Below are positions 12,601-27,618 of a stretch of 64,000 bases of DNA, piece by piece; positions within the stretch are counted from its first letter, which is position 1; the number at the start of each line of letters is the position of its first letter. The notes under the pieces are model-generated. The model worked only from the letters and a program-made list of their open reading frames with translations. It searched no databases and was not told where the DNA came from. The position numbers were made by a program, and so were the translations under genes. The stretch spans positions 25,296,001-25,360,000 of the forward strand of contig NC_043006.1 of assembly GCF_006345805.1 (NCBI RefSeq), written 5' to 3'. The DNA is from Octopus sinensis (lineage: Eukaryota).

Positions 12601-13074
12601 ACGTATGTCATTATACCTGCTTTCCTCCTCTTTGATTCTTACCTATCACACATACATCCATTTACTGAAATTTGACATCCTTGAATTCTTCCCTCCACTT
12701 TAAATTTTACTATTAAAACTACTACTCACTTTGGTATCACCCCACCCATACCTTTTCTCTACCCATCCCTTAACACAGCCCTATCATATCACCCCTACTC
12801 AAATATCTCACACTTATTTACTCCTTACCTTCTCATCTCTTTCTACCCACCCCTCCCCCATTCCTTTCCCATCCTCCCATCACATTATCTTGACCACCAA
12901 CTAACACTCCTTTTCTCACTTTCACCCTTTCTTCACTTTCTTTTCTTTTCTTTTTTCTCACTCTTTTCACTTTTTTCTTCTCTCTCTTTTTCTTTTCTGC
13001 TTTTCTTCCTCTCACTTTCTCTTCCTGTCTTCATTTTGACCTATCCCTTTATTCTATTCATACACATCTAGGCT

Positions 13075-14200
13075 GCAGAAAATGGAGAATGCATAGGACA
13101 AAGATGGGCTACCTCAAGCTAACTCTACAAATTGATGGCAGCAGGGTAGATAAGCTAGTAAGGATCTGAAGAGAAGGAAAGCTGCAGGTCCATCACAAAA
13201 TATCCAATGAGACAGGATATGTGATTACCACATTAATGAAGCTAAACAGCAAAGTGTCATACACAGTGATCTATACAGCAGTATCATCATAAACTGTTAC
13301 AAAGGAAATGCCTTAGAGAGATGAAATTATAGAGGAGTCAGATTACTAGAACAGGCTATGATAGTCATAGAGAGAGTTATAGTATAATTGATTCATGACA
13401 GTATAGACTTGGATGAGATGCAGTTTGGTTTTGTACCAGGAAGAGGTACCAAAAATGCAATCTTCCTAGTGAGACAAGTACAGGAAAAATACTTGGCTAA
13501 GAATAAACCACTGTTCTTGGCATTTGTTGACTTGGAGATGGTATTTGAAGGGACACCACATACAATAATTTGGCAGTCACTAAGGAAACTAGGTGTAGAT
13601 GAATGGCTTGTGAAAGCTGTACAAGCTGCATACAAAGATGTAGTAAGTAAAGTAAGAGTTGAAAATTTCAGAGACAAATTTAGTGTGATGATAGGAGTTC
13701 ATCAGGGTTCAGTCCTTTCCTATTCATTATTTAAGACTGGCTTTCCATAGAAATTCTGATATGCTGATGATCTAGTTTTCATAGCTAAATCTATAGTGAA
13801 ATTATAGAGGAAATACCAGTTATAGAAACTAAATCTAGAATTGAGGGGCCTCGAGGTAAACTTAGAAATGATGAAGGTTTCAGTTAATAGAAAATAAAAG
13901 AGAACCCTGGTATCTTCAGGGAAATGGCTTTGCTTGATATACAGAAAAAGAGTAAATATAAATTCTGTATGTTGTACATAAAGTAAACTATTGACACATA
14001 AAGAGTAGCAGAATGACAGACAGACTGACATAGAAAATAAGCTTCATACATGACAGGTGCACTGTGACAGTATGTACTTTGGGTACACCAGAAAGAGATT
14101 CTTTAAAACACCCAGATGGCTCACTGGAAGTAACCAATAACTTTTGTTACCAAGGAGACTAATTAGCAAGGAAGATGATTGATCTGAAAATATCTCCTGT
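13075..14200 (+). mobile_element. RTE-clade LINE RT fragment
   Basis: QFGFVPGRGT, FVDLE, GVHQGSVLS and ILYADDL motifs, followed by a Cys-rich WLCLIYRK-like segment. Confidence 0.9.
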
Positions 14201-14559
14201 TGCTGCTGACAATAAAGATCAAGATTTACTGCTGCTACTGATAATAAAGGTGAAGGGCAGATTATATGATGCTGATGCTAGAACTGTGATGCTGCGTGAT
14301 AATAAGACATGAACCTTGAATGCAGAAAACTTGAGAGGACAGCAAAAAAAGTAAACTAACATGCTACAATGGATGCTCAATGTACATATGCATAAACAAT
14401 AAAGTACAAATGTGCAAAAAACAAAGATCTCATATGCAGGAAAATAAACTGCTAATCTCTTCGGGGAAATGACACTATTCATTGGGTAGGAAAGATGTAG
14501 GCATTAATTTCATATGGTGTACTCATATGGTGTACTTATGGGACATATATAAAATGTAT

Positions 14560-15165
14560 TGCTTTTATTGTAAGCTTATTAGCAACAATACATCCTGTGC
14601 ATTGTCAACAAATGTATTCAACAACTGGTCTAAGCTACATACAAGGTTATGTTGGCATTAAAATTTTAAGAACCATTTGAAAGCTGCATGGAGATTCTGG
14701 GAATTGCACCTAAGACTTTGTAATGGACAGACCATTGACAAAGAACATGAAATAATCGCCAATGAACATGTAAAGCACTGGTAGCAAGTTCTCAGAAGGC
14801 TAGTGTCAATAGTGCAGTTTCTTGCTGGGAGAAACCTAGCATTTAGAGGGACTGTGGAAACAGTTGGTAATGAGAGTGTACACAATGGAAACTTTTTAGG
14901 TCTTGTTGAGCTATTGAGAAAGTTTGACCCTGTTTTTGAAGAACATTTGTGAAAGTCAAAACCCACAAAATTCACAATCACCATTTAGGAAAAGACACTT
15001 AGAATGAACTGCTGAACATTATGGCTACAACTGTTTTGAATGGGATACTCAAATGCATAAAAGCAGCTAAATACTACACCATAATTTTAGACCGCACACC
15101 TGATATGAGTCACCAAGAACAAATATCTCTAATGGTCAGGTATGTGTCTGATGGTCAGTTGGCTC
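14560..15165 (+). mobile_element. hAT transposase relic (DUF4371/ZMYM-like region)
   Basis: LAGRNLAFRG, NGNFLGLVELLRKFDP and YYTIILDRTPDMSHQEQISLMVRYV. Confidence 0.85.
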
Positions 15166-15204
15166 TTCCAAGTGTTTATAAACATTTCATAAAGTTTATG
15201 AAGA

Positions 15205-15850
15205 TTTTTCTTCAAAACACAAAATTGAATGTTGTAGACAAATTTACATATTTTGGAAGTTGAATCATGTTTGCTCATTAGATGAATGAAATAGCAAATC
15301 ATCTTCAAAAAGCGTCTCAGGTTTTCAAGAATCTTGAAGGGCAAGTTTGGTCTAATAGAGATATTAGCTAAAATAAAAAAACTTCAACATACAAGGCTTG
15401 TGTACTTTCATTCTTCCTCTACTTGAGTGAGATGTGGGGAGTATATAGGAAGCACCTCAAATTGCTAGATGTTTGTACTCTATATAAAAAATCAAATAGT
15501 TGTACAAAGTACTAGATACTGAAGTACTTGAGTGTGATGATGCAAATAGCATTGAAATGTGAAGAGCATTGAAATTCGTTGACACAGACTTTGTCGAACT
15601 GGTCATCTGATAAGAGAATCTGATCAACACATGTCCAAACAACTGTTATATGATCAGATAAAAGAAGCAAAGAGGCTTTTATGCAAAGAAAAAAAATGCC
15701 TTTCAAAGATCCAATAAGTTGCTCACTAAGGAACTTTGAATTGATGCATGTAAACTGGGAGAATGATGCAACGGATTGGCTAAAATGAAGGAGTCAAATT
15801 CAAGAAGGTACTGCTTTGAAGATAACATGCAGAAAGATGCAGTGATAAAA
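15205..15850 (+). mobile_element. RTE (BovB-like subgroup) LINE C-terminal fragment
   Basis: KLNVVDKFTYFGS, then frameshifted RLQKASQVFKNLEGQVWSNRDI and YKACVLS-LY-SEMWGVY; distinct from the other RTE pieces here. Confidence 0.7.
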
Positions 15851-16800
15851 ATAGAGGCAAAAAAGCATTTTCTTGTGGACAATGATCCTTCTCTCCTTAA
15901 AAAAATTTTTTTTTTAATAATATTTTTTTTGTTTTTGTAAAATCTCAGAAAATAATTAAAAATTCACATTTTTTTGTCAAATTATTTGCAACAGTATTTG
16001 TCTCTCTCAAGCTGGATTAGTCATAAGTAGAAGCACTTATTTAGCCACGACCCACCCCCAACTATTGACTCTTACGCTCTGTTGAACTATCTTTCTCTGT
16101 CTATAATAAGATCTGCAGAAGTAAATCTGTGTTGACTAAGCACATAACATGTTACAATATCAATTTGCAGTAGTCTTCGTAACTAAATCAAGTATTTTCA
16201 TGTTGTCTGTGTGGAAAAAATTTGTAAATCTCTTGCTTGGCTAAAGAGTCATTTTCAGTCACATAACATATAGACTATCTTTAACACTCTTAACTGAAAA
16301 TATTTAAGTCTATATTACTTGTATGATTGTGTGTTATTAGTGTTGATGGTGAGAAAAGTCATGCTCAGTTAACGAATTAACAGCCATCATACACACACAC
16401 ACAAACATGGATGTATGTGTGTTGGTATACATGTATGTACTTGGACATAGTCTTGTTTTTAATAGGCAATGTACTTTCTTTTACTGATCTGCTATTAATA
16501 CCTTGTTGATGTTAAAGCATTTTTCTTTAAATTTCTTTATCAAATTCTTTTTTTTTCATTTAATTTATATATTAATTTCTCTATTTGGTACTTTTAATAT
16601 TATTTTGCTTTTATTTTGTATTGTTCTATTTGATTGTACTGCATACGATGTAATATATCAATATTACTTTTTATATTCATATTTGAACATGCTTGCATAT
16701 ATAGATATGCATATAAGAAGTGAGTGTATACAAGTGTGTACAATGATAGTCATATACATGTGTATGCATATATAAATATGAGTGTGTATGTGTGTACATA

Positions 16801-17032
16801 CAGGGTTGACCAAAAGTCACCTGACAGTAAATCAAAATTCCATAAGTACTTAATATTCAATTATATTTATTCATTCCAATTATAAATGTTTAATAATTGA
16901 ATGCTGTGAGGTAAAAATCACCGTTTTCTCAACATTTGTCTGTTTATTAGCAAAGTCTTATTCAGTTGTTAAACATAAATCTTGAAATTAAATAGTTTTG
17001 ATTTACTGTCAGGCGACTTTTGACCAACCCTA
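16801..17032. mobile_element. Tc1/mariner-type MITE
   Basis: About 39-bp TIRs (CAGGGTTGACCAAAAGTCACCTGACAGTAAATCAAAA and its near-complement), TA on both flanks. Confidence 0.85.
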
Positions 17033-19384
17033 TATATTGTATGCATTTACTCCCTTCCACACATCCTTCAATGCTTCTCATCTGTTTATCACTCATGTCT
17101 CCATGCCTATGCTGCTTCTTTAATGATATAAGAACTATTCACATTAAATCCCCCTACCATGATCTTCATCTCTTAGCCATCACAAAACCTTTGTACAAGA
17201 AACTGTATAAGATCTGTTTGCACCCAATGCACTCTACTTTCATTTTGTTTGTAATGCTATCCATCACTTTTTTCTTGCATTATGGTTGTCATTTATAACT
17301 TACTCTTACCTTTTTCTGCTCCTGCTATTTTATACATCACTTCTTCTCCCCTTCTTTGCTCCAATTACCCTTTTGCTACAAACATACTCTTGCACCTCTC
17401 ACCAACCCTTCTTCCATCATCACTTTCTTATTCCTCCACTTGATCACATTCCCATAATAAATGTACATGTCTTACTGGTACCACAACGAAATGCACTCAA
17501 TAAGAACCGACTTGGACTTCCCAGCATGGGAAGTGGGTGTAAAAATGATAATTACACACGCATGCATACACAGAAAAAGAATTGTATTTAAATAATAGTT
17601 TCCGTTTAATAATATTCCTTTCAATAATGTGCTACTTTTTCTTTTTACCAAGGTGTTTCCAAAGTCATTTAGTGAGAATGTTTTGTACACATGCTTTATT
17701 TTTATCAACAATTATATTTAATGCCTATATTATCTGTAATACTTCATTTTATTTAATGAAAACAGCTAACAATCAAATCAAATAAAATCAAATTTTCATT
17801 AATTTTGTCTCTTGGATTTTAATGTTTAATTCTGTTTTGTAATGGGTATAATAACAAAAGCAAACCAACAGAAAATTCCAAAACAAAGATATATAAGAAC
17901 TATAGATTCTATTTTATTTGTTGATATTTTTTGGTCAATTTTTTCTATTACATCCATCTTGTGAGAGGCAGTAATCTTTGAGTGGTAGACTTTTGGAATA
18001 GCCATCACTACTTCACGGAGAAGAAAAGGGGCAAGGAATAGGTGGTTGTTTCCTTCTGTGAAAGAATATTTTGTTTTAAAGATGTAATTTTGTCCCTCAC
18101 AATTCTGTGTCCCTTTTCCATTAATTTTTTCCTGTTACACCATTTTGCAAGACAGGTGTAATAGTAAAATAATACCTTCTTTATTTTTGTTTTGTATATT
18201 TCTGGGAAGCAGTTTATTGTATCGTTATAAAATTAAGGGGATCAAGTCATATTTCTAAAATCTTTCAAACATGCAGTGCTTCTTTCATTATCACCTTCCT
18301 AGTTTATTTGCTGACAAATACATTTTGTATCAGCTAGGTAAGTATGTATGTTGAAATGCAGGTGTAGAGGACTGTTTAAAAAGTCTTGCTGAACATTTAC
18401 TTCTACAATTATGCCTACTCTTTCAACCTAAATTAATAACTGGTTTAGTTCTTCAGTTATGAATAAGAGAAACACCCTTTACCTTTATTCAAACTGGATT
18501 AGAAAATGTACATTACACTACATGAAGTTCTGCAAGTAAGATTATGGCTGATACTGATAACAACACCAATGCAAGCAGAATAACTAAAGCCTCCAGCTTT
18601 ACAACTCAGATAACAATTGGTGCACTTGGTTTTGTAAATAAATGAATAAATGATAGTCTATAAAAGTTGAGGTTTTCAGAAAAAGAAATCATCCAGCTAA
18701 TTTGCACATTACAAATACATTGTGTGAGTAGAACAGTAAAATTATGTAAGACTTTCCTCAAGTTCAAGATATGAATTTGCTTTTGTTATCTACATTCCAA
18801 TGATGGAACTTTGCATCTTTGTTAGAAACCAGTTCCTTCTTAACAGGAAGATTTCAAATAATGAAAAATTGAAGAGAACAATATATCATTCATACAGCCT
18901 TTACTCTCAGAGGAAAGCTACAAGTATCTTTGACAATATGAAAATGTCAGCTATCAATAAGGACAGGACAAGGAATAAATACAAGAGTTAAGAAAATATG
19001 GTCATCTGAACTCTCAACTACAAATGTATCACCCACAACACCTTTGCAGTGGCTATGCTCATGTCCATACTTGGCTTTCTAAACTGGTCACTCCAAGAGC
19101 TCAACAAAACAGACATACAAACTTGCAACCTGCTCAGTGTTACTGGAAAACTGTCAACATCAATGGAGATGTAGACAGGCTATACTTTCTTAGGCAAGGA
19201 TAATGACCTTGGTCTTAAAACTGTATTGGCAGGTTTTAACAGTGAAAAGAGAAAATAAAACATGCAAAAATTAACACAGCAGTTTCAAAAGTTTGAAGAC
19301 ACAGCATATGCCACATAAGAAAATGTCCAAATGTACTAAAATGTTCAAATAAAATGCCAAGATGTGTAAAAGTGAGGGTACAGT

Positions 19385-22300
19385 ATATATAGCCTTACGC
19401 ATTTTTTTGGCCAGTGTACATGACACCCAGCCCAGGTAATCATGATGTGTGGTGGTGGAGCAGGAGATACATGCTTGTATGGTGGTGGTGTTTGCATGAG
19501 TGCGGTCTGCGGATGTTGGAGATGGAAAGTGGATGGGGACATTTGGTTCTAGAGCGAGAGCTTCAGAAAAAGCTTGCTTCACTCTATCAGTGGAAACAAT
19601 TTGTTTAGATCCATTAATGGAAAATGTTTTGGATGATTCTCCCAGGACATGATAAGGGCCCTTATAGGGTAGAATAAGAGGACCTTTCACTTATTTATCA
19701 AAATTCCATTTATCAATATTAGCTGGAACAGCAGAAGGCACAGTCTGATGACTAGACAACATCGGTGGAAGGTCAGAGAAATAGGTTTGCAGATGATGAA
19801 TGTAGGTAGATGGATCTTGTGCTGAAATATCCACAGGGGCCAGCATTTGGCTGGGTAAAGACAATGGTGATCTGTATAATAATTTTGCAGTAGAAAATCC
19901 CAAATCCTCTTTCACTGAGGAGCGACAACCTAAAAGAATGAGAGGCAGGTACTCATTCCACCTTTGAGGATCAGGGTATGCATGGAGAGACACTTTTGTC
20001 TGTGGAAGCATTCAACCATGCTGTTCAAAGCTGGATGGTAGCTGGTCATATGTAATTGGTGAACTCCTAGGGCAGCAGAAATTTGGTTGAACAGCCACGA
20101 CTCGAATTGTCTTCCATGGTCTGTCATGACACATAAAGGAACTCCAACCCAAGTGCCATGTATTCAGCACTAATGTCGACAAGCTTCAGGCCAATGCGTA
20201 AACCAAACAATGCAGGTGAGAATGTATGTGAATCCACGGCTAGGTGGCCAAAGCCCAACTAAATTGATATGTATATGTTGGAAGCAGGCATCTGGATACT
20301 GAAATGAGCCAAGAGGTGAAACAAACATGGCGATGAATCTTAGAAAGTTGACACTGAAGTCATGCATGCACCCATTCAGTGATTTGGTATCTCATATTTG
20401 GCCAAGAAAAACGAGCAGAAATAAGCTTTACAGAAGCTGTAACACCAGGATGTGATAAGGTATGCAGGATGTTGAAGACAGTGCAATGATAAGACTCTGG
20501 TACAAGTGGACGAGATGAGCCAGTAGAAGTATCGCATAATGTCTCTCCGTCTGAAGCTGGTAATAGCAAATACTTGAATTGGCATATTGCAAATTCTTCA
20601 GATGCAACATCCAAAGATGATAAGGCATCAGCAATTATATTGGGAGAACCAGAGATACGCTGAATGTTGCTAGAAAACTGTGATGTATAATCAAGATTTT
20701 GGATCTCTCTTGGCAAATACTTGTCCAACTTGGTAAACAGAGCAAAGGCAAGGGGTTTGTGGTCTGGGAATATCATAAACTCTCTTCCTCCCAGGAAATG
20801 ACAAAAATGCTTCACTGCAAAATAAATAGTGAGTAATTTTCTTCCAAACATACTATAGAGCATCTTCGTGGGCTTGAGCTAGCAGGAATGAAATCCCAGT
20901 GGTTGCAGAATTTCTTGGTCAGTTTGCTGTAATACTGCACTCACAGCCACATCCAATGCATCTACCACAAGCGAGAACTTTGCATCAGATTGAAACTTTG
21001 GCCAGGACCTGTTTGACAGTCTGAAAAATCAGCAGCAAGTGATGGTGAAAGGGAATAACTTCGTACTTTTTCTTACAATCCTTCAATAATGCTGCAAGTG
21101 AACTTCACATTTTTCTGCACAATTTGGGATGAATCAATGATAAAAACTGAGCAAACTGAGGAAACAATGAAGCTGTTTAAGAGAAAATGGAGGAAGAAGC
21201 TTCTGAATTGCCTGGGAGAAGACAAATTCCATCATGATCAATGATGTGGCTTAAATGTTCCAGTGATGCAGAACTAAACACACTTCACCAGGTTGATTTT
21301 ATTGATTTTAACTCAATAATCATTTAAATGTTGAAAAAGGAGCGTTAAGTGGTAAACATGCTCTTCCTTCATAGAACTTGTAAGTCATCAATGTAGGCAG
21401 AGATGAAGTTGAGACTGTGAATGACTTCGTCTATAAAGAAAGGTGCTTGCTGTGTTCTGCAACCCAAAAGGCATTGAAAGGAATTCAAATGTATCAAAAG
21501 GAGTAGTAACGGCAGTCTTTGGTTATATCGTCTGGATTTAAAGGAATCTAGAGATATGTCCAGATAAGATCAACCTTAGAAAAAAGTGCTACTGTGCAAG
21601 GTAGAAGTCCTGCAGGTGTGGAAAAGGGTATCTGTCCGGGGTTGTAATAGCATTTTATCTTCGATAATCACCAACTGGTTGGAAATCAGTATTTCCTTTG
21701 GTGACTAAAAAGAGAGGGGAAGACCAGGGGCTAGTAGAAGGATGAATAAGTCCCAGCTGGAACATGTGATCGAATTCCACTTTTGCAGCCTCGAGTTTAT
21801 TAGGAGGAAGATGGCAAGGATGAGCAAACACTGGTGGACCATTGGTGTTGATAAAATGCCTTGTTGAATGTACAAGATCAGTGATGTTGAAGGTTAAATC
21901 AGTAAGCTCCAGGAAAAAGTTAAGAGAATAAAATATACCAGACTTACAAGGGTGGATGCTGGACAACCAGGAGCTGATAACTGCATTGAGCTATCCAACA
22001 AAAGCTGTGGTGAACGTCCACCAACAGGGAAAAGTGGTGGAGGAAATCTGCCCTGAGAATAAGATAGGATAGGTCTGCAATTACAAAAATCCATTTAAAG
22101 TCCCTCCAGTGTGCCAAATCCAAGGAGAGAGATATCTGCCCAAATGTGTTGATAGGAGAATGGTTGACAACTAGCAGAGAAATCCGAGAGAGAACAGGCT
22201 TACTCATCACGAACTTTACCGGCCAGATGAGACATGAAGCGCTTGTGTCGACCATAAAATTCTTGTGTAAGTTGAGGTCCAGCACAAAAAATGCATGATT

Positions 22301-23150
22301 AGAGGTAGCAGGAGCTGCTGATGTGCTCAGGGTCTCCTTGGTTAGTTTTCCTGGCATTCACAAGAACATGGTGGAAGGCATTTCTGTGCCTTCACGCCAA
22401 AACAGTCATGGTACCTACAAGAACCATTTGGTGAAGCGAGTGACAAAGAACGCCAGCCACAACTGGTTGAATGACTGCGATGCTGGAAGCTTCGTCGGGT
22501 TTAAAATGACTTCTAAAGTTGCGAACTGGGTAGAGCTGCAGTCAACTGGAGCTGTAGCCATTGATGAAGCAGTTGCAGTAACAACTGTCTGCTACAGGCA
22601 GATTTCTGGAAAATTCCATGATTTTATCAGCTGAATTTGCGACTTGTTCAACTGAACTTCCTTCAATCATGGGCTCCAAAATTGCCTGAACATGTGAGGG
22701 TAGGTGCAAGAAGAATAGCTGTTTTAGAAGCGAGCTGTCTTCAAGGGAGGTTGCAAATACGATAAAGCAATTCCGTGGGTTGTCTGTCACTCAAATGTTC
22801 ATCGTGTACCAGGGTCTGGAAACAGTGCTTAGCCAATAGAGATGCCCTGTAAAGGACTTCGCACTTTATGGATGCATAAGTTGCATCGTGTGGTGTGTCA
22901 GTTATTACATCCTTGCATTGAGTGGTTAAGGCAACAGAAATGGCGCTGAGCTGAATGTTTAGTTGCTGCAGGCTTGACTGAATATTGCTTGCCGCGATGT
23001 AAGCTTCCACCTGAGCAAAGCAGAGATGGACATCACTGCTAAGAATGGGAAAAGAAGAATGCTGCATGTTGCATCTGGGGAAGAAAATGTTGGATGATGG
23101 TCAGCACTAAGATGCCGTAGAACCAGCGTGGAAGAAGAATCAGGCACATG
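19385..23150 (-). mobile_element. Gypsy/Ty3 LTR retrotransposon internal region (gag-pro-RT-RNaseH-integrase), heavily degenerate
   Basis: Minus-strand fragments in Gypsy order: gag-like (LCFAQVEA), protease (FMVDTSAS), RT (PWSSPLFLV, PVGDYRR), RNase H (AVKHFCHFL, DHKPL), integrase zinc finger (HTLSHPG), core (VECFHRQ) and GPY (GPYHVL). Confidence 0.92.
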
Positions 23151-23220
23151 TCGACTCTACACAGTTTTTTTTAGGTGAGAGAATATTCCATATGAATATT
23201 CTTATGCCGGGGGGGGGGGG

Positions 23221-23629
23221 TGTCAACATTTTAGTGAAAAGTAAACATGAATTCTCTGTTCTTGTTTGTGTTAAGGTGCGTGTACTGGTGTGACAAACAA
23301 CGTCAAATCAAAGTTAAACAATAAGTTTTTATAACAGTGTTCATACAAAGGTTGATGTGAATAAATAAAAAGTTGTACAAATGTGGTTACATCTTATGTG
23401 ATTGATACTGAAACAGAAGAGAGTAAGAAATGTGCCTGCTACATAATGCAGTAGCATAAATTGTCAAAGGCGAAGCAAGCTAGCAGTCGTCGCTGGCTGT
23501 GCCAGTTGACAAGTCAAACTGTCCACGGGCGTGACTGGGGAAAATGAGGAAGATTCGCAGTGTTACCAGAGATAGAACGAGGGAGCATAACTCTGCCCTG
23601 TTTCATTTAGCCCTTATGGCCCTGCCACA
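23221..23629. mobile_element. Candidate LTR (TG...CA, 409 bp)
   Basis: Starts TGT immediately after a G12 tract (23209-23220, PPT-like on +) and ends ACA; abuts the Gypsy gag. No second copy seen in the window. Confidence 0.4.
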
Positions 23630-24139
23630 AGACCTTAAGATTTAAAGACAATGAACACAACTAGATACTTTCCTTCACTAACTAATTTGAGAGCAGGTGG
23701 GGGCAGTCAAAAATCAACTATAAAGAGAAAAAAATACATATACATACAAACCTACGATCATAAATCACAGTCCTGTGTTTAATTGTAAGAAATAATATAT
23801 TAAAAGCATCTATTTATGGAAAACCAAACAGAAAATTTGCTTTCAAATATTTGAAGCATATTTCTCTGTATAAAATTGAAACATACGTACACACTAAAAC
23901 ATCATTTTATTTGGAATTAACTTTTTATTTAGTATTTTGACACGACTGAGTCTTTCAACAGGCTTTTATCCGCTGTACAGAGCAGCAGCTTTTGTTCTCA
24001 ATGAATATCAACTATACAGGCCGAAACTACACCTGATTATATATACACTTTAGATGAGTTGTAGTGCACCTGAGCACTGTACACAATTATTATTATTATT
24101 ATTATTATTATACTTTGTTGACAACGGCTTAATGTTTTC

Positions 24140-25159
24140 GAATCTGTAAAATATAAAAATAATAAAACTATTTAGTGAAACCCGAGAAGCAAGTAGAAAT
24201 TTCATTAACAAAAGAGTAAATGATTTCGATGTTAAAAGTTTTCAAGACTAAAGGGAGGAAATACATAAATAAACGAGCTATAAAAACTGTTGTCGTGATG
24301 ATAGTATTTCGGTTGTTATTGTCACTGCTTAGCCCGACGTCTGTCTCAGTCAAACAGGCATTCCAATCGTGGTCATCCATTCTATTTCCAATTTTCAACG
24401 TGTCCTTTTTTTAAAGTAACTTGCGATCTGAGCAAGATTTGACTCCGACTTCTAGTAAGATGAACAATCAAGTAGAATGTCTAACGTTGGCTCGCCATGA
24501 AACTAGTTGTTAATATTGGTAGTATTACAAGTTGTATAGCAGGTATTACTAGTAGTTATTATAGATGTTGAAGTGTAAATTACACAACTCGATCTGTGTC
24601 ATTCGGATTGTCTGTAATGTTTTAACAGTGACTTGAGTAGTAGTGTCAGGATTAGACCATTTCGTTTTCTCTTATTTACTTTACCAGTGCAGAACAACAC
24701 CCTCACACATTCTGTTTTCTATGTTTCTTAGATACACCTGTCCCATCGACATATACTTAACACATAATAGTAGCTCCTATCCTTCATATATTTATTTTAA
24801 TTATCTGCTCCCCTTTCTTCGTCGCTTACTCGGTCATTCCTCCTCCCTGCTGCTACTCCACTGCTTTCTTCATTTCTCTACGCAAACGAGGCCAGCTTGT
24901 GGGTTAACACGGTTAAACTTTATGATCATTGTTACTGTCACCCAGTCTCCATACTCGGCTGCGTGATGTTTCAATTCACAGCGACCACTAAATCAAAGAA
25001 GAAATATTTGAATGGCTTACATTCATCGGTTTATATTATTCTTACTTTATGATTAATAAGCACGGAGGCAAAGTTTAATGTAAGGCCGAACTGTATGTGT
25101 TTTTAAACAGGGTAATTGACAAACTTTTTTGTTTCTCAACTCACGAAACATACATTCAT

Positions 25160-25191
<32 letters not shown>

Positions 25192-26251
25192 CCATAACAT
25201 TTTTTTGAGGAAAGATAGAAAATCTCGGTAAATTACAAAATTCTATACGATTGTCACGTTTCAAGCTTAGTTTACAATATGAAGGTTGTATCTTAAACTG
25301 GACAAAATGAAACAAAACAAACAGTTAAAATATCCCCCTTGTTATTGTTGTTTAGTCAATGTCTTGGAAAGTTGAGCTGCCCTAACTCTTCATGAATTTA
25401 TTTCTCCACAATAAGCGACTCTACTCTGTTTCATTCCACTCTTGTGAGTACTCTCTTAGTTATTGCAAAACAAATTTAGAAACGAGAGACTCCCATCGTA
25501 ACCGACATCAAACAAGTTAAAAACGACCAAAATAGACCCCTTCCCCCTTCAATACTCCTCTTTTTCTCTGAAGAATATTACAAGTCCACTAAATGTATCA
25601 AGCTATAGCACAGAGATAACAGTCTGAAGAGGAGAAAAGTGGGTAAACTTTGTTATGATTGTGTTGTAGGCATAGCCTAAGCTGCTGTCTTTCATACCCG
25701 CCCTCTTTCTCTACCCGTATTTTATAAAAAAGAAGCAAAAACAGATTTTAGCTCTCCCCTTAATAGCTATCTCTTTTCGCCTACGTAACACAGACACACA
25801 TGTATATAGATATTCTGAAATTCATAAATGTTATTTACTTTTCTTCCTTATTTTACTTCAGTTTTCTGACTATCGATGCAAATTCGCTATAATAACTTCC
25901 ATAATCCTGTCGTACTTTTTTACAGTACAAATGTATTCCCGTTTCTTTATTTTTACTATTTTTCCCCACTGATATATATTATAATGACATTCTTGCAAAA
26001 GAAATCTAAACATTTACAAATTGACTCAGTATTATTATTATTATTATTATTATAGTTATCAGAAATAATCCCTCTTTTGAATGATTAGCCTGGGAGGGAG
26101 TGAATAATCTATGCCAGCCCAGATTTTTTACTTAACACGGATTGTTATGACATTTTTACTTATCGCTTAAAATATAGTTATTATGGGTTGCATAACGAAA
26201 TACTGTCATTAAAATATAGTGTTCTACTTTAGTGATTCTTATGTGTCTAAG
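24140..26251 (+). promoter_or_regulatory. Putative promoter and first non-coding exon region of par-3
   Basis: Largely TE-free, with visibly more CpG than the flanks (not counted). Ends at a consensus donor AAG|GTAAGT (exon end 26251), 627 nt upstream of the acceptor of the ATG exon. Confidence 0.4.
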
Positions 26252-26878
26252 GTAAGTCCATGACGATCTGAATTCAAGATCGGGTTTCAACTTCCGCTGA
26301 AATAATTTCATATACATATTTCTGAAACTCTAGGGAAAGACATGAAGATTAAACTTCGACCTCCCCCCCCTCTGTCCCGAAATATATCTGCAATTCTAAA
26401 CTCCTACTTTTTATGTGTCTCGAAGGGGTGGAAAAATATTTCTTTTCGACATAATTTTGATTTTATGTTTGAACCAATAGATTATAGAGGCCCTAAAAAT
26501 AAATAAAAAAAGAATGATTCTCTTCCTGTATATTTAGAAGCATTTCAATTAAAGCTGTTAAAAGTTGTTTCATAATTGACATTTTTCAAAATGTTGACCA
26601 GTCACGACTCTAATCTGCGATTGTAATAAATGTATCTATCATAGTTGAATTTTTGATTTTAGTAATGACTTTAGTTACTTACTGAAGATGTTTAACAAAA
26701 GTATTTAACATTTTCTTCATTCTTTTAATAAAACCTTTGAAACATTTCAATAAGTATTTCAGAATTAAAATAAATTGGTACAAAATTTTAAATTAATTAT
26801 TCATTTTATTTCTGTTCTATTTTAAAATCTTTGTTAAGAGTTACTTTTAGCAATATTTTTTTTGTTTATTCCTCTTAG

Positions 26879-27327
<449 letters not shown>

Positions 27328-27618
27328 TAGTTTTTTTCTTTCTATTTAAAAAAAAAATCATTCAACCTTTGGAGACTGCTTTCCCTTGTCAAATTGATTC
27401 AGATATGGTAATATTTGTTTAATTTGTGTCTGTATGATTAAATATGTGTATTACTTTTTGTTAAATCATTTGATCAAATTAAAAAAGATTATAACATTTT
27501 AAAGTCATTAAGTAGTTGTTAATATTCTTATAGACATATTTCAATCAAATTTAGTATACATTATTTTTTGAAATTTCGAAGATTGATTTAATTATGTCAT
27601 ATCAATCATTATGTAAAT

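Noticed and set aside
24168-24414. Overlapping ORFs on both strands in the putative promoter region
   Set aside because: No homology recognised and no donor site supporting an exon; lengths are within chance expectation.
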